64,000 nt of DNA, taken from the NCBI GenBank assembly GCA_029559475.1, contig JAKQBN010000055.1, positions 7,089 through 71,088 on the forward strand. The letters are read 5' to 3'. This DNA is from a bacterium. Lineage in GTDB: Bacteria; UBA4055. Shown in pieces: positions 48,557 to 56,623 of the stretch. Both the position numbers and the translations under genes were made by a program. The notes beneath the pieces are model-generated. The model was not told where the DNA came from. It was given only the letters and a program-made list of their open reading frames with translations, and ran no database searches. Every line of letters begins with the position of its first letter. Positions within the stretch are counted from its first letter, which is position 1.

Positions 48557-49810
48557 TTATTTAGATTTATACTGATTAATTTCTTCGAATCTTAAATCAT
48601 AATACTTCTTTGCGATTTCAGGAAACTCCATTTCAAAATCAATCATTGCTTTATAACAAGAGCAATATCCTTTTATGATGTTTGTATGGGTCAGGTGGTA
48701 TTCCTCATTTGCTTTACAGTACTGTCTAAAGCTTTTCTTTTTTAAAAAGTTTGGTTGATTACACCATCTTGCCAACTGTATATACATTGATTTATATTTA
48801 GATTCTTTATAATCCTCATATCTCATTATATAAGGCAAACATCCATGTTCCATTATTATTTTAATACGTTCAAAAGTATTCTCAATATCTCGTTCATCCT
48901 GGCTATCGTATCCGGTAAGGACATATAATTTTGTGGATTTTTTGTAATATTTTTTCCAAATCTTCAAGCTGTTGGAAATTTTTTCAGCATCTTCAATATG
49001 GTCAAATGCAAATATAAAATCACCTTTGTATTTAACTTTTGCAAGCCGTTCAGCTTTATCAGCTGTCATTAGTCGTATATCTAGACCCTGTCTAAATTGG
49101 AAAGGCTTCCCAGTAGCTATTAATGCATCAAGAATGGTGTAGAAGTCAGGTGAAGCCATAAAATTGTCATCCCATAAATATATGCCTCGTCTTTTTGGGT
49201 CTAAAAATTCCGAGATTGGAGAGTGTTTAATAACACGGTCATATTTCCTGTTAACACAATAACTACATTTTCTAAAACAACCTCTTGTCGTGAATCCGAT
49301 TGAGTAATTCAAGTAATCTTCATATCTAATAACATTCTTAGTAAAATTATCTGTTTGACTAGAAATAAAGTCTGTATAGAGTTCATAATCAGGCATGTGA
49401 TGTTCTATCTTATCCGGTAGATCTGGACTGTCCATCCCATAGAAACCTGTACCTCCGATAATTATCTCTTTATTATCAATTCTCTTTTGAATAACAGCTG
49501 GAATTTTAGTAAAATTAAAAACTTTAGACATTATTAAAAAATCATAAATATCTTCTTTCAATTTATCTGCAATTTCAGAGTAGTCACATATTAATTTAAC
49601 GCTATGTCTGAACTCTTTGCAATATCCCGATATTTTAAGTAAAGCAAGATTTGGATGCTTTGTGCCTTGGTCAAGAAGGTCGGCATCAATTATTCCAATT
49701 TTAAATTGTTTGTCGTTAGCCTCAATTAATTCACAAAAAATGAATCCTAATTTATTTTCGAGGAGTTTGTAGTAATTATTTTTTTGAAGGTTTTCTTTTT
49801 TACTTAACAT
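48557..49810 (-). CDS. radical SAM protein with N-terminal Rossmann/B12-binding-like extension
   Basis: GFTTRGCFRKCSYCVN gives CxxxCxxC. About 170 aa precede the cluster (IGIIDADLL...LALLKISGY). ATG 49810 is preferred over TTG 49819. Confidence 0.8.
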   Translation of the reverse strand: MLSKKENLQKNNYYKLLENKLGFIFCELIEANDKQFKIGIIDADLLDQGTKHPNLALLKISGYCKEFRHSVKLICDYSEIADKLKEDIYDFLIMSKVFNFTKIPAVIQKRIDNKEIIIGGTGFYGMDSPDLPDKIEHHMPDYELYTDFISSQTDNFTKNVIRYEDYLNYSIGFTTRGCFRKCSYCVNRKYDRVIKHSPISEFLDPKRRGIYLWDDNFMASPDFYTILDALIATGKPFQFRQGLDIRLMTADKAERLAKVKYKGDFIFAFDHIEDAEKISNSLKIWKKYYKKSTKLYVLTGYDSQDERDIENTFERIKIIMEHGCLPYIMRYEDYKESKYKSMYIQLARWCNQPNFLKKKSFRQYCKANEEYHLTHTNIIKGYCSCYKAMIDFEMEFPEIAKKYYDLRFEEINQYKSK

Positions 49811-50030
49811 AATTTCCAAGTTTTAAAGTTACAGAATGCTTAACTGAGAGGAAAGTGAGGACTATTTTTGATAGCAATAGACCACTTTTTGTTTAATAGA
49901 ATGAGATATTTTAATGAACTGCTTCGTTTTATAGCTGCGTTATCGTTTCATTTATGACATTAGGAAAATAAAACCTTATGAATGAATAATCAAGTAAATT
50001 GCTTTAGTATTTTGTCTGATATAATTCGAA

Positions 50031-50087
50031 TTAATTAACTTTCTTATACCTGAATACTGCGTAGTTGGTTACGACTGTGCTGTAATG
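50031..50087 (+). repeat. direct repeat R1: displaced copy of the ABC-2 permease 3' end
   Basis: Aligns to 51835-51892 with 4 mismatches and 1 indel over 58 nt. Its minus strand encodes STVVTNYAVFRYKKVN*, against STVVTAYAVFRYKKVN* in the real gene. Confidence 0.9.
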
Positions 50088-50109
50088 TAAAATATATTAT
50101 ACAAATGTA

Positions 50110-50138
50110 TTGACAAAAATAATTGACATGTGTATATT
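50110..50138 (+). promoter_or_regulatory. near-consensus sigma70 promoter of the XRE-Panacea gene
   Basis: TTGACA (50110-15), 17-nt spacer, TATATT (50133-38). A second TTGACA lies at 50123-28. aggagg RBS before ATG 50165. Confidence 0.55.
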
Positions 50139-50164
50139 GCAGCTACATATTATACAGGAGGTTT

Positions 50165-51022
50165 ATGATGGCGATGAATGAATACATTAGAAAAATGAGA
50201 GAAATGAAAAATATTTCTCAAGAGATCGCCGCAAAAGAACTGGGATATACAAGACAGACATATATACAGATCGAGAGCGGCAGCAGAGATATTACTTTAA
50301 GCGAGTTGAAGAAACTTTCGGCTATGTTTGATATTCCTTTTAATAAATTTGTGACCGAAACAGAACCTGACACATTTAACATAGATTTTGAGGAAAAGGA
50401 AGCGGATATTGAGTCAAAGGAGATAAGGATAAGTGTTCCGCAGAACAGAGTCGGTAAATTCAAGGAGGTTCTGCTTTATATTCTGTCTAAGGCGGGAGCA
50501 AAGCCGAACATTGGTGAGACAGCTATTTATAAACTTTTGTATTTTATTGATTTTGATTATTACGAGAAGTATGAAGAACAGTTGATAGGGGCGAATTATA
50601 TCAAAAATCATTATGGACCGACTCCAGTGATATTTAAAAAACTGACTGAAGAAATGATCGCTGATAATGAGCTTGAAGTGATCGAAAAAACTTATTATGA
50701 ATTCAATCAAAAGAAATATTTACCGAGAAGATGTGCCGATTTAAGTAAAATATCCGCCCGTGAGATTAAGCATATTGACGAGGAACTGGAAAGGCTAAGT
50801 GATAAAAATGCAGCTGAGTTGAGCGAGCTGTCGCATAAAGATGTCCCGTGGATCACAGCGAAGGAAGGTGAAACGATTGAATATGAAGGCGTTTTTTACC
50901 GCACAGGAGATACTTCGGTGAGATATAAAAAATTGAAAGATCGTATGTCCATGGCTGCGGAAGCTTTGTATAACGATTATTGTTCTGATAAAGAGCTCAC
51001 TGCATTTACCGATCTTATTTGA
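50165..51022 (+). CDS. XRE-family HTH fused to Panacea (DUF4065/SocA-like) antitoxin-type domain
   Basis: The HTH is ISQEIAAKELGYTRQTYIQIESG. The Panacea-like core is GETAIYKLLYFIDFDYYEKYEEQLIGANYIKNHYGPTP. The ORF-track start at 50123 is actually a -35 box. Confidence 0.8.
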   Translation: MMAMNEYIRKMREMKNISQEIAAKELGYTRQTYIQIESGSRDITLSELKKLSAMFDIPFNKFVTETEPDTFNIDFEEKEADIESKEIRISVPQNRVGKFKEVLLYILSKAGAKPNIGETAIYKLLYFIDFDYYEKYEEQLIGANYIKNHYGPTPVIFKKLTEEMIADNELEVIEKTYYEFNQKKYLPRRCADLSKISAREIKHIDEELERLSDKNAAELSELSHKDVPWITAKEGETIEYEGVFYRTGDTSVRYKKLKDRMSMAAEALYNDYCSDKELTAFTDLI

Positions 51023-51080
51023 ATAAGTAGGTTTTGAGAACTCAACTATGCGGAGTGTAGTTAGCTTGAGGGATGGTATT

Positions 51081-51497
51081 TTAATTTTTAAAAGGATTTA
51101 TGATTTTAAGAGTGTTTTCAATCAGTTGATTATGCTGCATATCTTCGCTGTATAAAATTGAACATCCCGACTCCAATGCGGAAGCAATTACTAAGCTGTC
51201 CCAATATGAGAATCCATACCGGTCTTTGATTTCCATAGCCTTAATTACATCAAAAGTGCTTATATCGACTACATTAAAATTAGCTATAGTCTCGATAATG
51301 ATATCATTTACTTTGCCTTTTGTATTGATAGCTTTTTTTACTAGTGCTGAATAAAGCTCATTTAAAATTTGCGTACTTATGATAATATTTTCAAAATTTT
51401 CAGTAATTAACTTATCGGCTATATTTTTTTTTGAGATATCTTCGCTGTAATAAAGGTAAACCCATACATTGGTATCAATAAAAACCTTATCTGTCAT
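51081..51497 (-). CDS. PIN-domain toxin (VapC-like)
   Basis: MTDKVFIDTNVWVYLY N-terminus, DSLVIASAL, YSEDM acidic residues. Confidence 0.8.
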   Translation of the reverse strand: MTDKVFIDTNVWVYLYYSEDISKKNIADKLITENFENIIISTQILNELYSALVKKAINTKGKVNDIIIETIANFNVVDISTFDVIKAMEIKDRYGFSYWDSLVIASALESGCSILYSEDMQHNQLIENTLKIINPFKN

Positions 51498-51693
51498 ATA
51501 ATTCTTCCCGGTTGAACTTATAGCCCTTTTCAAATTTCATCTGATATCTTTTAACAAAATCAAGAAAACTTTTCTTTTTGTCGTGTTTTTCATCAATAAT
51601 AATGACTTTAATTTTCTGCCCGTCAACCAACCCGAATTCTTCATCTAAAGTCAGGTTATTGTTATTGTATGTGGCGGTAACTACTTTAAACAT
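51487..51693 (-). CDS. putative antitoxin (DUF104-like)
   Basis: 68 aa. Overlaps the PIN start by 11 nt. ATYNNNNLTLDEEFGLVDGQKIKVIIID resembles the DUF104 pattern. Confidence 0.5.
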   Translation of the reverse strand: MFKVVTATYNNNNLTLDEEFGLVDGQKIKVIIIDEKHDKKKSFLDFVKRYQMKFEKGYKFNREELYDR

Positions 51694-51834
51694 AATAATT
51701 TTCTCCTTTTGCTATTCTGGTTCAATTTAGCAAAAAAAAGGATTAATTCCAAATGAAATATCAAAAAAGGCGGTCAGGGATGTTCTGACGCAGATTTTCA
51801 GAAAAACTGTTAATGAACATTGTGATACTCTTCA

Positions 51835-51892
51835 TTAATTCACTTTCTTATACCTGAATACTGCGTATGCGGTTACGACTGTGCTGTAAATG
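51835..51892 (+). repeat. direct repeat R2 (functional 3' end of the ABC-2 permease gene)
   Basis: Partner of R1. Includes the 16-nt near-palindrome tactgcgtatgcggta. Confidence 0.9.
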
Positions 51893-52962
51893 GTCATTAT
51901 TAAAAAGTGTTTTGAGATGTCTGAGAAGCCTGATCCTTTTAGGAGTACCATGCGCATTGCGTCTATGAAGTATGCTATCGGGTTGAACCATGTTATGCGC
52001 TGCGCCCACATCGGCATGCTTTGTATGGGTGTGAAGAGGCCTGACATGAGCAGGAAGATCACTAGTATGAACCATGAGATGAACATAGCCTGCTGCTGGG
52101 TGTCCGCGAAGGTTGAGATCACGAGTCCGACGGATAGGACTGCCACGAGGTAAACGGCTGCGAAAAAGAATATGAGGGTGAGGCTTCCGTTGAAGGGGAT
52201 GTCGAAAATAAGCTTGGCTATGAATAATCCGAATGTGAGTTCGAAGAGCGCGATGATGAAGAAGGGGGTGAGTTTGCCGATTATGAATTCATATTTTTTT
52301 ATCGGGGTGACATTGATCTGCTCGATCGTGCCTATTTCCTTTTCTTTTACCACGCTCATGGAGGAGAGGAACATTCCGATGAAGGTGACGAGGAGTACGA
52401 GTATGCCCGGTACCATGAAAGTGATGTAATCAAGTTCGGGATTATACCAGTGGAGATATGATACCTGCACCGTTGAAGATTGTACAGGCGTGATGACATT
52501 TATTAGGTTCATGCCTTCATCAATATTAAAATCCCTTACGATGCTCTGGGAATATGCCGCTATTATGCCTGCTGCGCCTCCGTCTATGGCGTTGATCAGG
52601 AATTGGACTTCAGCCTTATTTTCTTTGATGAGATCTCTTTCAAAATTCTTCGGGATGACTATTGTGAGTTTTGAACGGTCTTTTAAGATGCCTTCTTCCG
52701 CATCTTTCTGGCTCTGCGGATAGTCGGTTCTGGTAAAATGGGGAGAGGCTTCAAACTTTGAGGCAAGCCTTGTTGAAAGCGGGCTTCTGTCGAGATCGAG
52801 CACTCCGAAATTTACATTTTTTATTTCAAATGTGGTGGCGTTGGCTAAGATCAGAAGCTGGATGATGGGCATAACGAAGATCATCGGGAGCATTGATCTG
52901 TTCCTGAAAACCTGCCTGAATTCTTTCCTCACTATAAAAAAGATCGTTCTCATTCCGGTCAC
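51835..52962 (-). CDS. ABC-2 type transporter permease (YbhR/YbhS-like)
   Basis: 375 aa. N-terminal TM helix, large periplasmic loop and five C-terminal TM helices, the typical ABC-2 layout. Confidence 0.85.
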   Translation of the reverse strand: MTGMRTIFFIVRKEFRQVFRNRSMLPMIFVMPIIQLLILANATTFEIKNVNFGVLDLDRSPLSTRLASKFEASPHFTRTDYPQSQKDAEEGILKDRSKLTIVIPKNFERDLIKENKAEVQFLINAIDGGAAGIIAAYSQSIVRDFNIDEGMNLINVITPVQSSTVQVSYLHWYNPELDYITFMVPGILVLLVTFIGMFLSSMSVVKEKEIGTIEQINVTPIKKYEFIIGKLTPFFIIALFELTFGLFIAKLIFDIPFNGSLTLIFFFAAVYLVAVLSVGLVISTFADTQQQAMFISWFILVIFLLMSGLFTPIQSMPMWAQRITWFNPIAYFIDAMRMVLLKGSGFSDISKHFLIMTIYSTVVTAYAVFRYKKVN

Positions 52963-54062
52963 AGCCTCGTTTTAAATTTTTTTATACTCAGTCCGAGAAG
53001 AAAGACGGTCATGGATATCAGCACGAGAGTTTCTTTGTAAACATACGAAAAACCCGTACCTTTGAGCATTATGTTCTTTATGATTATCACGAACCATTTA
53101 GCCGGAAGTATGTGCGAGATCCACTGAAGCGGCCACGGCATATTTTCGATCGGGAAAATAAATCCCGAAAGAAGCACGGTGGGCATCATAAGACCGACGA
53201 GGGAGATCATCATGGCTACCTGCATTGAACCTGCGACCGTAGAGATAAGAATTCCCAAGGAAAGCGCGGTCGTTATGAACAGGGCGCATTCGGCAATAAG
53301 AAGGATCATACTGCCTCTGACAGGCATACCGAAAACTGTCATTGAGATCCATAATATCAACGTCAGATTGACAAGGGACAGGAGCAGGTACGGAGCGACT
53401 TTGCCGAGTATTATCTGATACGGCTTAAGGGGAGAGGCCAAGAGGACTTCCATCGTGCCGAATTCTTTCTCCCGTGTGATCGTTATGCTCGTCATCATGG
53501 CCGAGATCAGCATGAGAATCGTCGCCATTATACCGGGGACGAACATGAAAACGCTCTTAAGCTCCTCATTATAAAGCATCTTAATCTCTGGCGTAATGAC
53601 AAATGACCTTTCTTTTCCGGCTGAAAGCGATTGAGAAAAATCCAGAATTATTCCGGTCGTATAAGAAAGCGCGAGATTGGCCATATTAGGCTCCGATGCG
53701 TCTGTGATTATCTGAACTTCGGCTCTGCCTTCTTTCTGAAGTTTTTCCGCGAAACCGCTCTCAAAAACTATAACTTCCTTGACAAGCCCTTTTTTGAATG
53801 CCGCGTCTATCTGACTTTCATCCGTCAGATATTCTTTTAAAATAAAATAATCGGACGACAGGATCTTAGAAGTAAGTTTCTGCGTCATTTCATCCTTCGA
53901 TCTATCAAGAATGCCTATGTTGACCGAATTGAGCTCGTTCCTGATGGCGAATCCGAAAAGTATGACCTGAATTACGGGCATTCCGATAAGAATTATCATC
54001 GTTCTGTAATCTCTTATCAGGTGCAGAAATTCCTTATATACAAATCCTTTGAATTTATTCAT
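52959..54062 (-). CDS. ABC-2 type transporter permease (YbhS/YbhR-like)
   Basis: Paralogue of the downstream permease. Start set at MNKFKGF (ATGAATAA overlap with the upstream stop). Confidence 0.85.
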   Translation of the reverse strand: MNKFKGFVYKEFLHLIRDYRTMIILIGMPVIQVILFGFAIRNELNSVNIGILDRSKDEMTQKLTSKILSSDYFILKEYLTDESQIDAAFKKGLVKEVIVFESGFAEKLQKEGRAEVQIITDASEPNMANLALSYTTGIILDFSQSLSAGKERSFVITPEIKMLYNEELKSVFMFVPGIMATILMLISAMMTSITITREKEFGTMEVLLASPLKPYQIILGKVAPYLLLSLVNLTLILWISMTVFGMPVRGSMILLIAECALFITTALSLGILISTVAGSMQVAMMISLVGLMMPTVLLSGFIFPIENMPWPLQWISHILPAKWFVIIIKNIMLKGTGFSYVYKETLVLISMTVFLLGLSIKKFKTRL

Positions 54063-54789
54063 TTTTACCTCTCGCAAGATGCAGGAACACCTCATACATC
54101 GAACCGACATTATAGCTGCTCTTCAGCTCAGCCGGAGTTCCCATCGCGGCTATTTTCCCGTCGACCATCATGCTTATCCTGCCGCAGTATTCAGCCTCAT
54201 CCATATAATGAGTGGTCACCAGTACGCTGATACCGTCATCCGCCGCTTTATAGATAAGATCCCAGAACTGCCTTCTCGTCACAGGATCGACTCCGCCCGT
54301 AGGTTCATCCAAGAAAACTATCTTGGGGCTGTGAATTACGGCTACCGAAAAAGCCAGTTTCTGCCTCCAGCCGAGGGGAAGCGATCTTATCAGAGAATCC
54401 GCCGATCTTTCAAGCCCGAGCTCGCTGATCAGCAGCTTCGATCTCTCTTTAATTTCTTTCGTGCTCAGCCTGTAAATTCCCGCGTAGAATTCAATATTCT
54501 CCTTAACGGTCAAGTCCTCATAAAGCGAAAATTTCTGGCTCATATAGCCTATATTCAGCTTGATCTTTTCGGTGTCCTTATAAATATCATAACCGCCGAT
54601 AGAAGCTTTACCTGATGTCGGAAGAAGCAGTCCGCAGAGCATCCTGATAGCCGTGGTCTTTCCGGCTCCGTTCGCGCCCAAAAATCCGAATATCTCGCCC
54701 TTTTTCACGCTGAATGAAATCTTGTCGCAGGCTGTGAAGCTTCCGAATTTTTTTGTAAGATCTTCAGTTATTATGATATTTTCGTTCAT
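54055..54789 (-). CDS. ABC transporter ATP-binding protein
   Basis: Walker A GANGAGKTT, Walker B VFLDEPTGGVD, degenerate signature LPLGWRQKL. Confidence 0.9.
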   Translation of the reverse strand: MNENIIITEDLTKKFGSFTACDKISFSVKKGEIFGFLGANGAGKTTAIRMLCGLLLPTSGKASIGGYDIYKDTEKIKLNIGYMSQKFSLYEDLTVKENIEFYAGIYRLSTKEIKERSKLLISELGLERSADSLIRSLPLGWRQKLAFSVAVIHSPKIVFLDEPTGGVDPVTRRQFWDLIYKAADDGISVLVTTHYMDEAEYCGRISMMVDGKIAAMGTPAELKSSYNVGSMYEVFLHLARGKNE

Positions 54790-55703
54790 TTGTTCTCTTC
54801 TTTATTCATCAATTCCATAAAGCAGTCCTCGATAGACGGATGCACAGGGAAAATTTTAATGTCTTTATGATCTCTTGCTTCAAGATAGCTTAAGAGTTTA
54901 TTTCCGTCGGGACAGTTCTTAACATCGGCGTGGATGAATTCACCGAAAATATATGCCGAAGTTATGCCCTCGAACTCTTTCAGATCAAAATTCAATCTGG
55001 ACATATCATTTGATCTTACTGCATAAAGATGTCCTGTGAAAGCCGAAACGATATTCTCAAGAGTGTCAATACGCATTATCCTGCCCCGCTGGATCAGAGC
55101 TATCCTGTCGCAAAGCGCAGCTTCATCCATATACGGCGTTGAAACGAGGATCGTAATTCCTTTCGTTTTCAGTTTCTTCAGCATCTCCCAGAATTCGTGC
55201 CTTGAAACAGGGTCAACTCCTGTCGTAGGCTCGTCCAAAAATAGAACTTTCGGCTGATGGATTAGTGCGCAGCATAAAGCAAGTTTCTGCTTCATACCGC
55301 CTGAAAGTTGACCTGCTCTTCTTTTCCTGAACGGTTCGATCTGAACATAGATATCTCTGATCAGCTCGTAATTATCTTCGACGGTCGTATCGAACACGGT
55401 CGCGAAGAATTTTAAATTCTCTTCGACCGACAGATCCTGATATAATGAAAACCGTCCGGGCATGTAGCCGATAATTTTCCTGATAGCTTTATAATCCTTT
55501 TCGACATCAAAGCCTTCGACAGTCGCGCTTCCGCTGTCTTTTAATAAAAGCGTAGTCAGTATCCTAAAAAGCGTGGTTTTGCCTGCGCCGTCAGGACCGA
55601 TAAGCCCGAAGATCTCGCCTTTATTCACATTAAGGCTGATGTCTTTCAATGCCTGAACTTTCTGATATGATTTATCTATATTTTTAACTTCGATAGAATA
55701 CAT
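54786..55703 (-). CDS. ABC transporter ATP-binding protein
   Basis: Walker A GPDGAGKTT, signature LSGGMKQKL, Walker B LFLDEPTTGVD. Confidence 0.9.
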   Translation of the reverse strand: MYSIEVKNIDKSYQKVQALKDISLNVNKGEIFGLIGPDGAGKTTLFRILTTLLLKDSGSATVEGFDVEKDYKAIRKIIGYMPGRFSLYQDLSVEENLKFFATVFDTTVEDNYELIRDIYVQIEPFRKRRAGQLSGGMKQKLALCCALIHQPKVLFLDEPTTGVDPVSRHEFWEMLKKLKTKGITILVSTPYMDEAALCDRIALIQRGRIMRIDTLENIVSAFTGHLYAVRSNDMSRLNFDLKEFEGITSAYIFGEFIHADVKNCPDGNKLLSYLEARDHKDIKIFPVHPSIEDCFMELMNKEENK

Positions 55704-55705
55704 CT

Positions 55706-56623
55706 TTAATCCTCAAAAGGATGGATCTTGTTAAAGTCCGGCCGGTAATTATTGTGACTGTCAAACTCCTGAACCCAGCCGTTATCAAGTCCGAGCCTGT
55801 TCATTTCTTCGGTAACGCGCAGATAATCAGCTTCTTTGATCTTATGATTGAGCGCTTCACGGTCGAATTTCTTAGGAGCCCAGTACTGGGACATAAGCGA
55901 AATATTTATCTTAGGCGATATTTCTTCCGCGATCGTTTTTAGAACCGCGAGGCTGTTTTCAACCTCTCCGGGCAGGATCAGGTGCCTGATGATTAGACCG
56001 CTCTCAGCGTATCCTGAATCGTTAGTGATCAGCAATGAGCCTTTCTGACGATACATTTCCTTTATAGCTTTATAAGCAATTTCAGGATAGTCAGGCGCAT
56101 CTGAAAGTTCTTTTGAAAGAACGGGATCGCTGTACTTGAAGTCAGGCAGATAGACATCAACGATGCTTTCGAGCTCCTTCAAAGTCTCAACTCTATCGTA
56201 CCCGTTTGAATTATATACTATGGTCGGCTTGTAAGATCTTTTATGAAGCTCTTCAATGATAGAGAGCATCTGCGGGATCTGATGCGACGGAGAAACAAAA
56301 CCCAGCACCTGAATGCCTTTATCGAGGATATCTATGATTTTATTTACGGCTGCTTCAAGCGTCATTTCATACCTGTCAGCTGCGAATTTATTATCGCTGA
56401 TCTGATAATTCTGGCAGTAAACGCACTGAAGATTACAGTGCGCAAAGAACACATTGCAGATCCCGTGCGGGCCGCTTACCGGAGGCTCTTCACCCTTATG
56501 AATGCAAATCGAGGAGATATATATCTTATCATCGAGCCCGCACCAGCCCTTTTCTCCCTTTGTGCGGTCAATTCCGCAATTCCTCGGACACAATGTGCAG
56601 TGTTTTAATCTATCTGACAACAT
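55706..56623 (-). CDS. PflX-like (COG1313-type) radical SAM protein
   Basis: CTLCPRNCGIDRTKGEKGWCG, HKGEEPPVSG, FFAHCNLQCVYCQNYQIS (CxxxCxxC). Confidence 0.75.
   Translation of the reverse strand: MLSDRLKHCTLCPRNCGIDRTKGEKGWCGLDDKIYISSICIHKGEEPPVSGPHGICNVFFAHCNLQCVYCQNYQISDNKFAADRYEMTLEAAVNKIIDILDKGIQVLGFVSPSHQIPQMLSIIEELHKRSYKPTIVYNSNGYDRVETLKELESIVDVYLPDFKYSDPVLSKELSDAPDYPEIAYKAIKEMYRQKGSLLITNDSGYAESGLIIRHLILPGEVENSLAVLKTIAEEISPKINISLMSQYWAPKKFDREALNHKIKEADYLRVTEEMNRLGLDNGWVQEFDSHNNYRPDFNKIHPFED

Noticed and set aside
50123-50164. ORF-track TTG start for the XRE-Panacea gene
   Set aside because: The TTG is part of a TTGACA -35 box. ATG 50165 follows an aggagg RBS and begins the HTH domain sensibly.
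35566-51892. Interpretation of the junction repeats as integron attC sites (a CALIN)
   Set aside because: I could not find the RYYYAAC / GTTRRRY inverted core pairs or attC-like imperfect palindromes in the M, N or R copies. Modules lie in both orientations, some with their own promoters, and no intI is present. It is kept only as an alternative to be tested with IntegronFinder.
54049-54615. 188-aa plus-strand ORF; similar long antisense ORFs at 26210-26767 and 27292-27834
   Set aside because: They are antisense to the ABC ATPase, hppA and mscS-like genes respectively. Their composition is Arg/Ser-rich shadow-ORF-like, with no motifs.
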